DNA from: an uncultured Clostridia bacterium
Lineage (GTDB): Bacteria > Bacillota > Clostridia > TANB77 > CAG-508
Assembly (NCBI GenBank): GCA_934183305.1
Contig: CAKPSF010000002.1
Span: 145,395-209,394 of the forward strand
Direction: 5' to 3'
DNA: 64,000 nucleotides
Below the pieces are notes generated by a model that had not been told where the DNA came from, searched no databases, and saw only the letters and a list, made by a program, of their open reading frames with translations. A program made the translations under genes and the position numbers. Of this stretch, positions 18,524 to 27,200 are shown piece by piece. Position 1 is the stretch's first letter. Every line of letters begins with the position of its first letter.

Positions 18524-18673
18524 ATGTTATCTTCAATAGTAACAGCTGATATGCTAAAAGGTGTTTTAAATGAAATTACTGGTTTATTACCTATCGTTAT
18601 ACCTGTTATGATTTCATTCATAGCAATAAGAAAAGGTATAGCATTTGTACAAAGTATTTTACACGCTGCTTAG
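18524..18673 (+). CDS. putative major coat protein (g8p-like), copy 2 (tandem paralog)
   Basis: 49 aa with AAAGGAG RBS. The core GVLNEITGLLPIVIPVMISFIAIRKGIAFVQS is identical to copy 1. Confidence 0.55.
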   Translation: MLSSIVTADMLKGVLNEITGLLPIVIPVMISFIAIRKGIAFVQSILHAA

Positions 18674-18750
18674 TATATTTTTATTCTAATCCCCCAGGGC
18701 TACATTATAAATATTTTGTAGTCCTTATTTTTTTAAGAAAGGAGAATTTC

Positions 18751-19350
18751 ATGAAGAATAAAATTTTAACTGTTTTTCTCATTGTTATATTAATTAGTTT
18801 TTGTTTCATTGGTAATAGTGCATTTGCTAGTTCAACTTTTACTTTTACTGATAGATTTGGAAACGAAAGAACTGTTCCTTCTTTTCCTGAGAGTGATATT
18901 ATTAGTAGTTCTAATTCTTTTGCTGTTGTAAATACTGGTAACTATAAAAACACTTTGTATGTTGCTACTGGTGATGGTTTTTTCTATGGTGGTGGAAGTG
19001 TTTTTTGTTCTACACCTTGCTATATGATTTATCTTGTTAATGGCGAATACGTTATTCAACCGAACACATGCACCGCTAATGCTCGTTTGTGTTCTGCTAG
19101 TGAATTATGCTATTTTTCTACTGGTTTATATGCTGACAAAGATAAATCTAGTGTAATTGTTGAACCTGGTGGAGATTTTTTTCATCTGGCTCCACTGACC
19201 CTGGAACCAATCCTGGAGAAGGTGGAGATGACTCAGGAGATAACAACAACGATAGCTGGTTTAGCAAAATTGTTAATTCCATTACTAGTTTGCCTAGTAG
19301 GATTTTGGAAGGCTTGGCAAGCTCTTTCGAAGTTATTACACAAGGCATAA
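18751..19350 (+). CDS. phage g3p-like adsorption/minor coat protein, N-terminal part (frame 0)
   Basis: Signal peptide MKNKILTVFLIVILISFCFIGNSAFA. The frame continues into 19290..19937 after a -1 shift at the T7 run 19176-19182. Confidence 0.6.
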   Translation: MKNKILTVFLIVILISFCFIGNSAFASSTFTFTDRFGNERTVPSFPESDIISSSNSFAVVNTGNYKNTLYVATGDGFFYGGGSVFCSTPCYMIYLVNGEYVIQPNTCTANARLCSASELCYFSTGLYADKDKSSVIVEPGGDFFHLAPLTLEPILEKVEMTQEITTTIAGLAKLLIPLLVCLVGFWKAWQALSKLLHKA

Positions 19351-19937
19351 AGGGATTAGCTGATTTACTTAAATATATTAATCCCTTTGATGAAAATTTT
19401 ATTTTAAAAGGTATTATTGAAACTATTGGAAATATTTTAAGTTATATTAATCCATTTAGCGAGAACTTTTTTGGTTGGAAATTAATTGAGCTTTTTGGAA
19501 ACTTACTACAAAAGCTTTTTATTCCTTCAGAAGAGTCTGTAAATAATCTTGTTGATAGCGTTAAATCTAAATTTGCCTTTATTGATTATATTAAAAGTTC
19601 TGTTAATGACATTAATAGTATTTTAAATGGTAGTGTTCCTGCTCCATCTTTAACAATTCATGTTTCAGATAGTTCTTTTACTACTGCTCAAGATATAAAA
19701 GTTTTAGATTTAACCTGGTATAAACAATTCAAAGAATTTGGAGATAAAATTATTACTGGTTTTATTTATGCTTTATTTATCTGGAGGATTTATATTGGAT
19801 TGCCAAATATTATTTCTGGTGCTGGTAGTACTATAAATGATGTTCCGGCCGAGGTTAGTGATATTCAAGCTTATGCTAAATTTGGATTTGGTCGTGCTAC
19901 TACTACAAAACGAGGAAAGGGGAATTTGAGAAATTGA
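19290..19937 (+). CDS. phage g3p-like protein, C-terminal part (-1 frame)
   Basis: The -1 frame is open from 19182 and reads SSGSTDPGTNPGEGGDDSGDNNNDSW (Gly/Ser/Asp linker), then a C-terminal domain with a TM helix. Confidence 0.6.
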   Translation: MPSRILEGLASSFEVITQGIKGLADLLKYINPFDENFILKGIIETIGNILSYINPFSENFFGWKLIELFGNLLQKLFIPSEESVNNLVDSVKSKFAFIDYIKSSVNDINSILNGSVPAPSLTIHVSDSSFTTAQDIKVLDLTWYKQFKEFGDKIITGFIYALFIWRIYIGLPNIISGAGSTINDVPAEVSDIQAYAKFGFGRATTTKRGKGNLRN

Positions 19938-20185
19938 TAGTTAATGGTATTTTATTAATTTTACAGGGTATTGTTAATATTTTATTAACTCCCCTTACGC
20001 CTTTGAATTGGCTTGCTGATACAGCAGTAAAAATATCTGTAATTTCGGATTTTATTAATATTGTTGCTTTTGTTTTACCTTGGAAGAATATTTTACCTAT
20101 ATTTATTTTTATATCAGCAGCATTCTTGTTTAGAGCCATTGTAGCTTTAATAAAAACTATTTGGGATTTATTACCTGTTTTATAA
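19934..20185 (+). CDS. phage minor coat/membrane protein (g6p-like)
   Basis: 83-aa hydrophobic ORF. Its TTG start overlaps the upstream TGA (TTGA). Confidence 0.55.
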   Translation: MIVNGILLILQGIVNILLTPLTPLNWLADTAVKISVISDFINIVAFVLPWKNILPIFIFISAAFLFRAIVALIKTIWDLLPVL

Positions 20186-20197
20186 TTGGAGTTTATT

Positions 20198-20353
20198 ATG
20201 TTTATTTTTATTATTATATTTTTTATTATTTTTGTTATTAGTTTTGTTTATTTTTTTTATAAAATTAAGATGTTAGAGGATGATGTTGAAAGCTTATATG
20301 ATAATTATATTCGTTACATAGAAAATAGCTTTAGGAGGAATAAAAATGCTTAG
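20198..20353 (+). CDS. 51-aa phage membrane peptide
   Basis: GGAG RBS. N-terminal MFIFIIIFFIIFVISFVYFFY. Overlaps the Zot-like gene start. Confidence 0.45.
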   Translation: MFIFIIIFFIIFVISFVYFFYKIKMLEDDVESLYDNYIRYIENSFRRNKNA

Positions 20354-21215
20354 TATATTTTTTACAGTATTAGAAGGTATTTTTCTTATGTTAAAATGGC
20401 CTTTATATATTTCACTTTCTTGTTTTGCTTTGTTTTTAGTTTTATGTGCCTTTTGGTTTTTATTTTATACATTTAAAGGAAAAAGATTAAAAAAAGGTTC
20501 TAGAAGATTCATTAAACAAGATGGATTTTTTAAGAAGATTTTTTATAAATTACCCAAACAAATAGTTGAAGATATATACGATAAAAATCCTGATTATTTT
20601 AACTATCAAGGTGTAATTATCTTTGAAGGTGTTCAAGGCTCTGGAAAAACTATGTCTATGATTGAATTTGCTATGCGTATTCAAGAAGAATATCCTAAAT
20701 GTCTTTGTACATCTAATTTAGCTTATAAACATGAAAATGTTCCTTTAGAAGATTGGAAAATGTTATTGAATTATAAAAATGATATATATGGTGTATTGGT
20801 TTTAATTGATGAACTACAAAATTGGTTTTCAAGTAATGACAGCAAAAATTTTCCGCCTGATATGCTTTCTATTATAACTCAAAACCGAAAAAATAGACGT
20901 ATTATATTAGGAACTTCACAGGTTTTTAGTATGTTAGCAAAACCTATTAGAACCCAAACCACCGAGCTACGTAGGTGTACTACGTTGCTCGGTGTACTGA
21001 CTATCGTTAGAAGATTTAGGCCAATTTTTGATAGTTCTGGAGAATTAAAAGAAATTAAAAGATTAGGTTCGTATTTTTTTATTCAAAATAAAAAATTAAG
21101 AGAAGCTTACGATACTTATAAAGTAATTGATAGACTTTCAGAGGTTGGCTTCCAGGAACTTAAAAACTTAATTGAGAATAATACTATTAATTTAATTAAT
21201 TATGGAAAGAAGTAG
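20346..21215 (+). CDS. Zot/g1p-like phage assembly ATPase
   Basis: Two N-terminal TM helices, Walker A GVQGSGKT and Walker B VLVLIDELQNWF. AGGAGG RBS. Confidence 0.75.
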   Translation: MLSIFFTVLEGIFLMLKWPLYISLSCFALFLVLCAFWFLFYTFKGKRLKKGSRRFIKQDGFFKKIFYKLPKQIVEDIYDKNPDYFNYQGVIIFEGVQGSGKTMSMIEFAMRIQEEYPKCLCTSNLAYKHENVPLEDWKMLLNYKNDIYGVLVLIDELQNWFSSNDSKNFPPDMLSIITQNRKNRRIILGTSQVFSMLAKPIRTQTTELRRCTTLLGVLTIVRRFRPIFDSSGELKEIKRLGSYFFIQNKKLREAYDTYKVIDRLSEVGFQELKNLIENNTINLINYGKK

Positions 21216-21223
21216 GTGTTTGT

Positions 21224-21412
21224 ATGTTAAATCCTTATTTTAGAATTTTATTGTTTTTTGGTTTTATGTCTTTTATTGATATTTTTGTTGATAGCCTTTG
21301 CCAACATTTATCTGCCAAACGTGCTCATTATAATTGTTCAAAATGTAGTAATTGGCGTTGTATGAGTTGTTATTGTAAAAATAAAGAAAGGAATTATAAA
21401 AATGAAAAATAA
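21224..21412 (+). CDS. phage small Cys-rich membrane protein
   Basis: 62 aa with a TM helix, then CSKCSNWRCMSCYC. AGGTG RBS. Confidence 0.5.
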   Translation: MLNPYFRILLFFGFMSFIDIFVDSLCQHLSAKRAHYNCSKCSNWRCMSCYCKNKERNYKNEK

Positions 21413-21596
21413 AGATTTTATAAATTTAGTTTTATATGGTTTAGGTATTTGTGTATTAACTTTTATATTTAATTATATTTTTAACATTTATGGAGTAAAA
21501 ACATTGCATAGATGTATTTGTATGTTAGCTATTGGTTTTTCAATTTATTTATATGTACCTTTTTATAAGTTATTTTTTAAAGAGTTACATAAATAA
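21402..21596 (+). CDS. phage small membrane protein
   Basis: 64 aa with two TM helices. Overlaps the upstream gene by 11 nt. Confidence 0.5.
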   Translation: MKNKDFINLVLYGLGICVLTFIFNYIFNIYGVKTLHRCICMLAIGFSIYLYVPFYKLFFKELHK

Positions 21597-21600
21597 AAAT

Positions 21601-21628
21601 TCGGAGGGTTCTTAGTAACACCCTCCGA
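21601..21628 (+). other. GC-rich hairpin upstream of rep (candidate replication origin / packaging signal)
   Basis: TCGGAGGGT-tcttagtaac-ACCCTCCGA, a 9-bp stem with no T-run after it. A second imperfect hairpin lies at 21630-21647. Confidence 0.4.
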
Positions 21629-21674
21629 GAGTTCCACCAGTGAAACTTTTTACAAAAATTTGGAGTAAAAATAT

Positions 21675-22703
21675 ATGATTGATACTATTAAAATTTATAC
21701 TATGATTAATAAAAATACATATGATAAAATTTACAACAATTCTATTATAAAGTCAAGTTATAATAAAAAAGATGGAGAAATTTATTACGAAATTGTAAAC
21801 GATAAATTAGAAGGTTCTTATAGCTCTAGTTTGTCGGTTCGTGTTGGTTCTGGTGTTAAATATAGATTTGTAAATATGTATTATTTAGAAATTGAAGGAA
21901 GTTATCACAAAATTATTAATGGCTATAATTCTCATAATGGCTATTATAATTTGCAAAGTATTGTTAAATGGCTTATAGGTGCTGTTGAGAATTCTTATAA
22001 TATTTCTTTGCCAAAATTTAATCATTGGTTCTTACAACGTCTTGATGTAGCTGTTTGTTTTGATTTAGAAAATAATGATACTGTTCGTAAGTATATTAAT
22101 AACTTGGCTTTATGTAGTTATGCTCGTCGTAATATTAAACATTATCAGGACGAAAGTATTTATTGTTCTGGTTCAACTACTACACTAAAGATATATAATA
22201 AGTTGTTAGAATTTAAAAAGCACGATATGAAAAAATTTTTCAATTCAAATTTTAATATTGATAGCTATATCAATAAAATAAAAGGCTTTATTAGATTTGA
22301 ATGTGAAATTAAAAAGAAAAAATTAGAAGATATTTATAATAAAAAATATATTAGAATTAAAAATGTAAGATATGAAGATTTTTATGAAATTTGGAAGTGT
22401 GAGTTTATGAAATTATTAAATTTTTTTGAAAGTGATTTAACGATTGTTAGAAATAAAGAAGATATTAAAAGAAGATTATATACTTGTTATGGAAATAGAA
22501 AAGCTAATATACTTTATACTTTTTATAGCTCTATTATTTTAGACGGTATTACAGAAGTTAAGAAAAATGTTCCTAAAGTAACATTTTATAGACATATTAA
22601 AGATTTGAAAGCTTGTAATATTGATTTATCACAAAAATATACTTTAACTGCTGTTAATGATACTATTGACTTTAATCCATTTGAGTGGAAAGAGGTTGTA
22701 TAA
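21675..22703 (+). CDS. rolling-circle replication initiator (Rep_trans / RstA-like)
   Basis: 342 aa. WFLQRLDVAVCFDLE, TLKIYNKLLEFKKHD and FIRFECEIKKKKL fit the Rep_trans motif pattern as I recall it. Confidence 0.7.
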   Translation: MIDTIKIYTMINKNTYDKIYNNSIIKSSYNKKDGEIYYEIVNDKLEGSYSSSLSVRVGSGVKYRFVNMYYLEIEGSYHKIINGYNSHNGYYNLQSIVKWLIGAVENSYNISLPKFNHWFLQRLDVAVCFDLENNDTVRKYINNLALCSYARRNIKHYQDESIYCSGSTTTLKIYNKLLEFKKHDMKKFFNSNFNIDSYINKIKGFIRFECEIKKKKLEDIYNKKYIRIKNVRYEDFYEIWKCEFMKLLNFFESDLTIVRNKEDIKRRLYTCYGNRKANILYTFYSSIILDGITEVKKNVPKVTFYRHIKDLKACNIDLSQKYTLTAVNDTIDFNPFEWKEVV

Positions 22704-23630
22704 ATGAAATGTTCTCAAGTTTTAGATAAATTCATTATGCAAAAAAGTGTTGAGGGAGATACTCTTGCTACAATTAGGCATTATTCTACCCATATTCAAT
22801 TTTTTATTAACTTTTATGGTGACAAAGATATAAATAATATTACTTATAAAACTTATCAGGAGTATATCTTCTATCTAAAAAATAAAGAAAAAGCTTCTTC
22901 TGGTTTTATTGGTAAAGGTTGCAAATTATCTAGTAGAACTATTAAAACATATGCTTCAGCATTAAAAACATTTTTAAGTTGGGCATATACTAATAAATAT
23001 TTGTATTTTAATATTGCAGCAAATATAAAAATGCCTAAATATAGCAAAAAAGTAATTACTATTTTATCTATTAATGATATTGATTGCTTAATTAATCATT
23101 TTGATACTACTACATATATTGGCATTAGGGATTTATTTATTGTTTCACTAATGTTAGACGCTGGTCTTAGATTAAGTGAGGTTGCTTATTTACACGTTTT
23201 TGATTTTGATATTGGTAAGAATGTTATAAAAGTATTTGGTAAGGGGCAAAAAGAAAGATATGTGCCTTTAACTCCATTTATTTTAGATTGTTATAAAAAG
23301 TACAAAAAAGCTTTTATTAATTATTTTAATAGATACCCTGAGTATGATGAAATAATATTTAAAAATATTGACGGTACTGATATAACTAGCAATGGTATTT
23401 CTTTAATGTTTAGACGTCTTAGACATAATATGAAAAACAAATTACATCCACACTTATTAAGACATACATTTGCGACATATTTTCTATTAAATGGCGGTGA
23501 TATTGAAACACTTAAAATTATTCTAGGTCATACAACTATATATATGAGCGAACAATATTTACATTTGGCCAATCAACTAAATTTACAAAATATGTCCCGT
23601 TTTTCTCCATTATCTAATATGAATAAATAA
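22704..23630 (+). CDS. tyrosine recombinase / phage integrase
   Basis: GLRLSEV (Arg), HPHLLRHTFATY (H-x-x-R) and LGHTTIYMSEQYLH (His...Tyr). Adjacent to the att/tRNA. Confidence 0.9.
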   Translation: MKCSQVLDKFIMQKSVEGDTLATIRHYSTHIQFFINFYGDKDINNITYKTYQEYIFYLKNKEKASSGFIGKGCKLSSRTIKTYASALKTFLSWAYTNKYLYFNIAANIKMPKYSKKVITILSINDIDCLINHFDTTTYIGIRDLFIVSLMLDAGLRLSEVAYLHVFDFDIGKNVIKVFGKGQKERYVPLTPFILDCYKKYKKAFINYFNRYPEYDEIIFKNIDGTDITSNGISLMFRRLRHNMKNKLHPHLLRHTFATYFLLNGGDIETLKIILGHTTIYMSEQYLHLANQLNLQNMSRFSPLSNMNK

Positions 23631-23631
23631 A

Positions 23632-23658
23632 AAAAGTCCTATTTTTAGGACTTTTCTT
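23632..23658 (+). terminator. terminator after integrase
   Basis: AAAAGTCCT-attttt-AGGACTTTT. Confidence 0.7.
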
Positions 23659-23660
23659 AT

Positions 23661-23737
23661 TGGTAGCGAAGGGGAGATTCGAACTCTCGACCTGCCGGGT
23701 ATGAACCGGATGCTCTAGCCAACTGAGCTACTTCGCC
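23661..23737 (-). tRNA. tRNA-Met (CAT); could be Ile2 if lysidinylated
   Basis: rc GGCGAAGTAGCTCAGTTGGCTAGAGCATCCGGTTCATACCCGG...CTTCGCTACCA. The 3' 45 nt (23661-23705) is att repeat copy 2. Confidence 0.9.
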
Positions 23738-23755
23738 ATATAAAAGACAAATACT

Positions 23756-23784
23756 ATTATAATGGTTTTATATGTATTTGTCAA
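23756..23784 (-). promoter_or_regulatory. consensus promoter of tRNA-Met (TTGACA-17-TATAAT)
   Basis: rc of 23779-23784 is TTGACA and rc of 23756-23761 is TATAAT. Confidence 0.75.
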
Positions 23785-23842
23785 GAAATTTTACAAAATA
23801 TTTTAAAGGTCGCAAGTTAATAGCGACCTTTATATATTTTAA

Positions 23843-24136
23843 TTATCTTTCTTCTCTTGAATTGTCTTCTTTATCTTTTATAACTTCATTATACATTTGT
23901 CTCATAGCTGCTTTAGTTTCAGGGTTAATTTTCTTTGCAAACCCTGTTTTATTATTGCTTTGTTTGCCTGAAACAATTGCTTGTTGAATTTTATCTTCAT
24001 CTCTTTTCAAATCAGATAAAGCTTTTCTTAAATCTTCTGGTAATTCCACTTCTTGTTCATAATATTCATTATTAGTTCCAAACATTTCTTTCAACGCCAT
24101 AATGAAATTGCTTCTTTTTTTAGTTGTTGTACTCAT
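23843..24136 (-). CDS. 97-aa charged hypothetical protein downstream of dnaE
   Basis: ORF followed by the hairpin AAAGGTCGC...GCGACCTTT (23806-23832). Confidence 0.6.
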   Translation of the reverse strand: MSTTTKKRSNFIMALKEMFGTNNEYYEQEVELPEDLRKALSDLKRDEDKIQQAIVSGKQSNNKTGFAKKINPETKAAMRQMYNEVIKDKEDNSREER

Positions 24137-24223
24137 TTTTTATCAATTCCTTTTCAAAATTTAAACAATACTATATTAATATTAACATAAATTTACAGAA
24201 AAAGCAAGTACTTTTAGAATTTG

Positions 24224-27200
24224 TTAACAGAAGTTCACTCTTTCTTGTCCCATTAGCTCTTTAAATTCTTCTAATATTTCTTTATTCAATAATATTGTTC
24301 CACAGTCTAGTACCTTTTCTCCATCTATTACTTGTACTTTTGTATTGTTTCTTTCTCCATTAAAAAATTTAAGTGCACCACGTAGTTTTGCTTTTTCGTG
24401 TTCATCTAAATTTGTAATATTAATTTGCAATATTTTATTACGTGTTGTATCTTGATTTATATCTTCTATATTATCACTTAATTCTGTTATTTCTCTTGCA
24501 ACAATTTTTACATCTTCATCTTCTCTTATACTTAGGCGTCCATCTACTAAAACTACATTATCCACCATTAATAAGTTTGCAGCTTTTTGATACGCATTTT
24601 CAAACACAATTATTTCAGCTGTTCCATACAAGTCTTCTATTGTAACAAATGCCATAAGTTTATTACTTTTTGTATATTTCTTTTTTATGCTTGATATTAT
24701 TCCCGCATATTTTACAAATTGTCCATCCTTATATCTTGTACTTTCACCTGTTGTATCCACTTCTTCTTTTATTTCTGCCATTTTCATTGTATCGATGTTT
24801 GTAGACTTTATTATTTTCTCTCTAATTTTTTCTAATGGGTGACCTGAAATATATATACCAAGCATTTCTTTTTCCATTGAAAGTAGCTCTTTATCTTCAA
24901 ATTCTGGCTGTTCTGAAAAATTATATTTTAACTCTTCTTTATCGTTTTCTTCCATACTGTCTAGATCAAACATGCTTACTTGTCCCTTTAAATTCTTTTT
25001 TGCTGAATCTTGTATTGTATCAATTATTCCTTCAAAAGATTCTAAAAGTGTTCTTCTTGTTTGTCCAAATTCGTCAAATGCTCCTGCTTTTATTAAACTT
25101 TCAATACATTTTCTATTTACAGATTCCTCTTGTATTCTTTCACAAAAATCTGTAAAACTTAAATATTGTCCATTTTTTTCACGCTCTGCCACTATGCTGT
25201 CTACTACTGCTATTCCAACATTCTTTATGCTTCCTAGACCAAATCTAATTTTTCCACCATCAACAGTAAATTTAGTTAAGCTTCTATTTATATCTGGCTT
25301 TAGAATCTCAATATTCATTCTTCTACATTCGTCTACATATAACGGAATTTTATCCAAATTTCCCAAATAACTATTAAGTGTCGCAGCCATAAATTCTTCT
25401 GGATAATATGCTTTTAAATATGCTGTTCTATATGATACAACAGCATATGCAGCTGCATGAGATTTGTTGAAAGCATATTTTGCAAACTCTGCCATTTCAT
25501 CAAATATTTTATTTGCAGATACTTCGTCTATTCCGTTTCTTACACAGCCAGGTACTACAACATTACCATTTTCGTCCACTTGACCATGTATAAATATTTC
25601 TCTTTCTTTAGCCATTATATCTAGCTTTTTCTTTCCCATAGCACGACGAACTAAATCTGCTCTTCCTAATGAATAACCAGCTAAATCTCTAACTATTTGC
25701 ATAACTTGCTCTTGATAAACCATACAGCCATATGTTACTTTAAGTATTGGTTCTAGTGATGGATGTGTATATACTGCATGTTCTGGATCCAATTTATTTT
25801 GTATATATCTTGGTATTTGATCCATAGGTCCTGGACGATACAAAGAAACACCGGCTATAATATCTTCTAGACTATCTGGTTTTAATTCTTTCATAAAGTT
25901 AGTCATACCAGCACTTTCGAACTGGAATATACCAATTGTTTTTCCTTCTCCCCAAAGTTTAAATACCTTTGGATCGCTCATCTCTTTATCAAATTCTGCG
26001 TCTATTCCTCTATTTTTCTTTACTAAGTTTATTGCATCTTGAATAACTGTAAGAGTTCTTAGCCCTAAGAAGTCCATTTTTAACAATCCTAGTTGTTCTA
26101 GAATTGTCATTGTATATTGTGTTGATATAGCTCCATCATTTACATATAAAGGTACATATGTATCTACTGGGTCTTTTGTTATAACTACACCACACGCATG
26201 AGTTGATGCTTGTCTTGGCATTCCTTCCAATCCCATAGCTATATCTAACAATTTGTGTATTTCTTCATTGTTTTCATATAATTCTCTTAATTCTCTATTT
26301 TGTTCCATTGCTTTGGCTATTGTCATATGAATTGCAAAAGGAACCATTTTTGCAAGTTTATCTGTTTCTGCATATGGAAAATCTAATGCTCTTCCAACAT
26401 CACGAATAACCATTCTTGCAGACATTGTTCCAAAAGTTATAATTTGAGAAACGTGGTCTCTTCCATATTTTCTTGCAACATAATCTATAACCTCTTGTCT
26501 TCTTTCATAACAAAAATCAACGTCAAAGTCTGGCATGCTTATTCTATCTGGATTTAAAAATCTCTCAAAAAGCAAATTATATTTTATTGGGTCTATATCT
26601 GTAATTTCAATAGCGTATGCAACAATAGAACCTGCACCAGAGCCACGTCCTGGTCCAACTGGTATACCATTTGATTTGGCCCAGTTTATGAAATCCCAAA
26701 CAATTAAGAAATAATCTACATATCCCATTTTTTTAATTACAGATATCTCATATTCCATTCTGTCTAGTATTTCTTTTGGTGGCACTTCTCCATATCTTTT
26801 TCTGATACCATCATCACACAATTTCTTAAAGAAATCATAATGTGTTGGAAACTCTGCTGGCACTTCATAATTTGGAAGTATTGTATGTCCAAATTCAAAT
26901 TCAACATTACATTTTTCAGCAATTTTAACAGTGTTTTCTAATGCTTCTGGTAAATTTGGAAAAAACTCTTTTACTTCTTCTGGACTCTTTATATAAAAAT
27001 CATCTGTTTCAAATTTCATTCTATCTATATCAGACATTTTTTTGCCTGTTTGAATACATAAAAGTACTTCGTGATTATATGCATCTTCTCTTCTTGTATA
27101 ATGCGCATCATTTGTGGCAACTAATGGTATATTTAGTTTTCTAGATAGTTCAACCATTTTTTGATTAACTAATGCTTGTTCTTTCAAAGTATTTGTTTGA

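Larger units (their letters stand above)
17178..23705 (+). mobile_element. integrated inovirus-like (filamentous phage) prophage, ~6.5 kb, in the tRNA-Met 3' end
   Basis: Bounded by perfect 45-bp direct repeats. Encodes an XRE repressor, tiny TM/coat-like proteins, a g3p-like protein, a Zot-like P-loop ATPase, a Rep_trans-like initiator and a tyrosine integrase next to the intact tRNA. Confidence 0.85.

Noticed and set aside
19148-19348. Minus-strand 66-aa ORF inside the phage g3p-like gene.
   Set aside because: It lies in the locally GC-rich Gly/Ser/Asp linker-coding region, where stop codons are depleted. It has no RBS and is antisense to the phage operon.
21675-22703. Looked for a reverse transcriptase or template repeat in the window to pair with the candidate VRs. 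The 342-aa phage ORF was the only unassigned large ORF.
   Set aside because: Its motifs fit a Rep_trans rolling-circle initiator, not an RT (no YxDD-type motif seen). By eye, no noncoding copy of the VR sequence occurs in the intergenic regions of this window.
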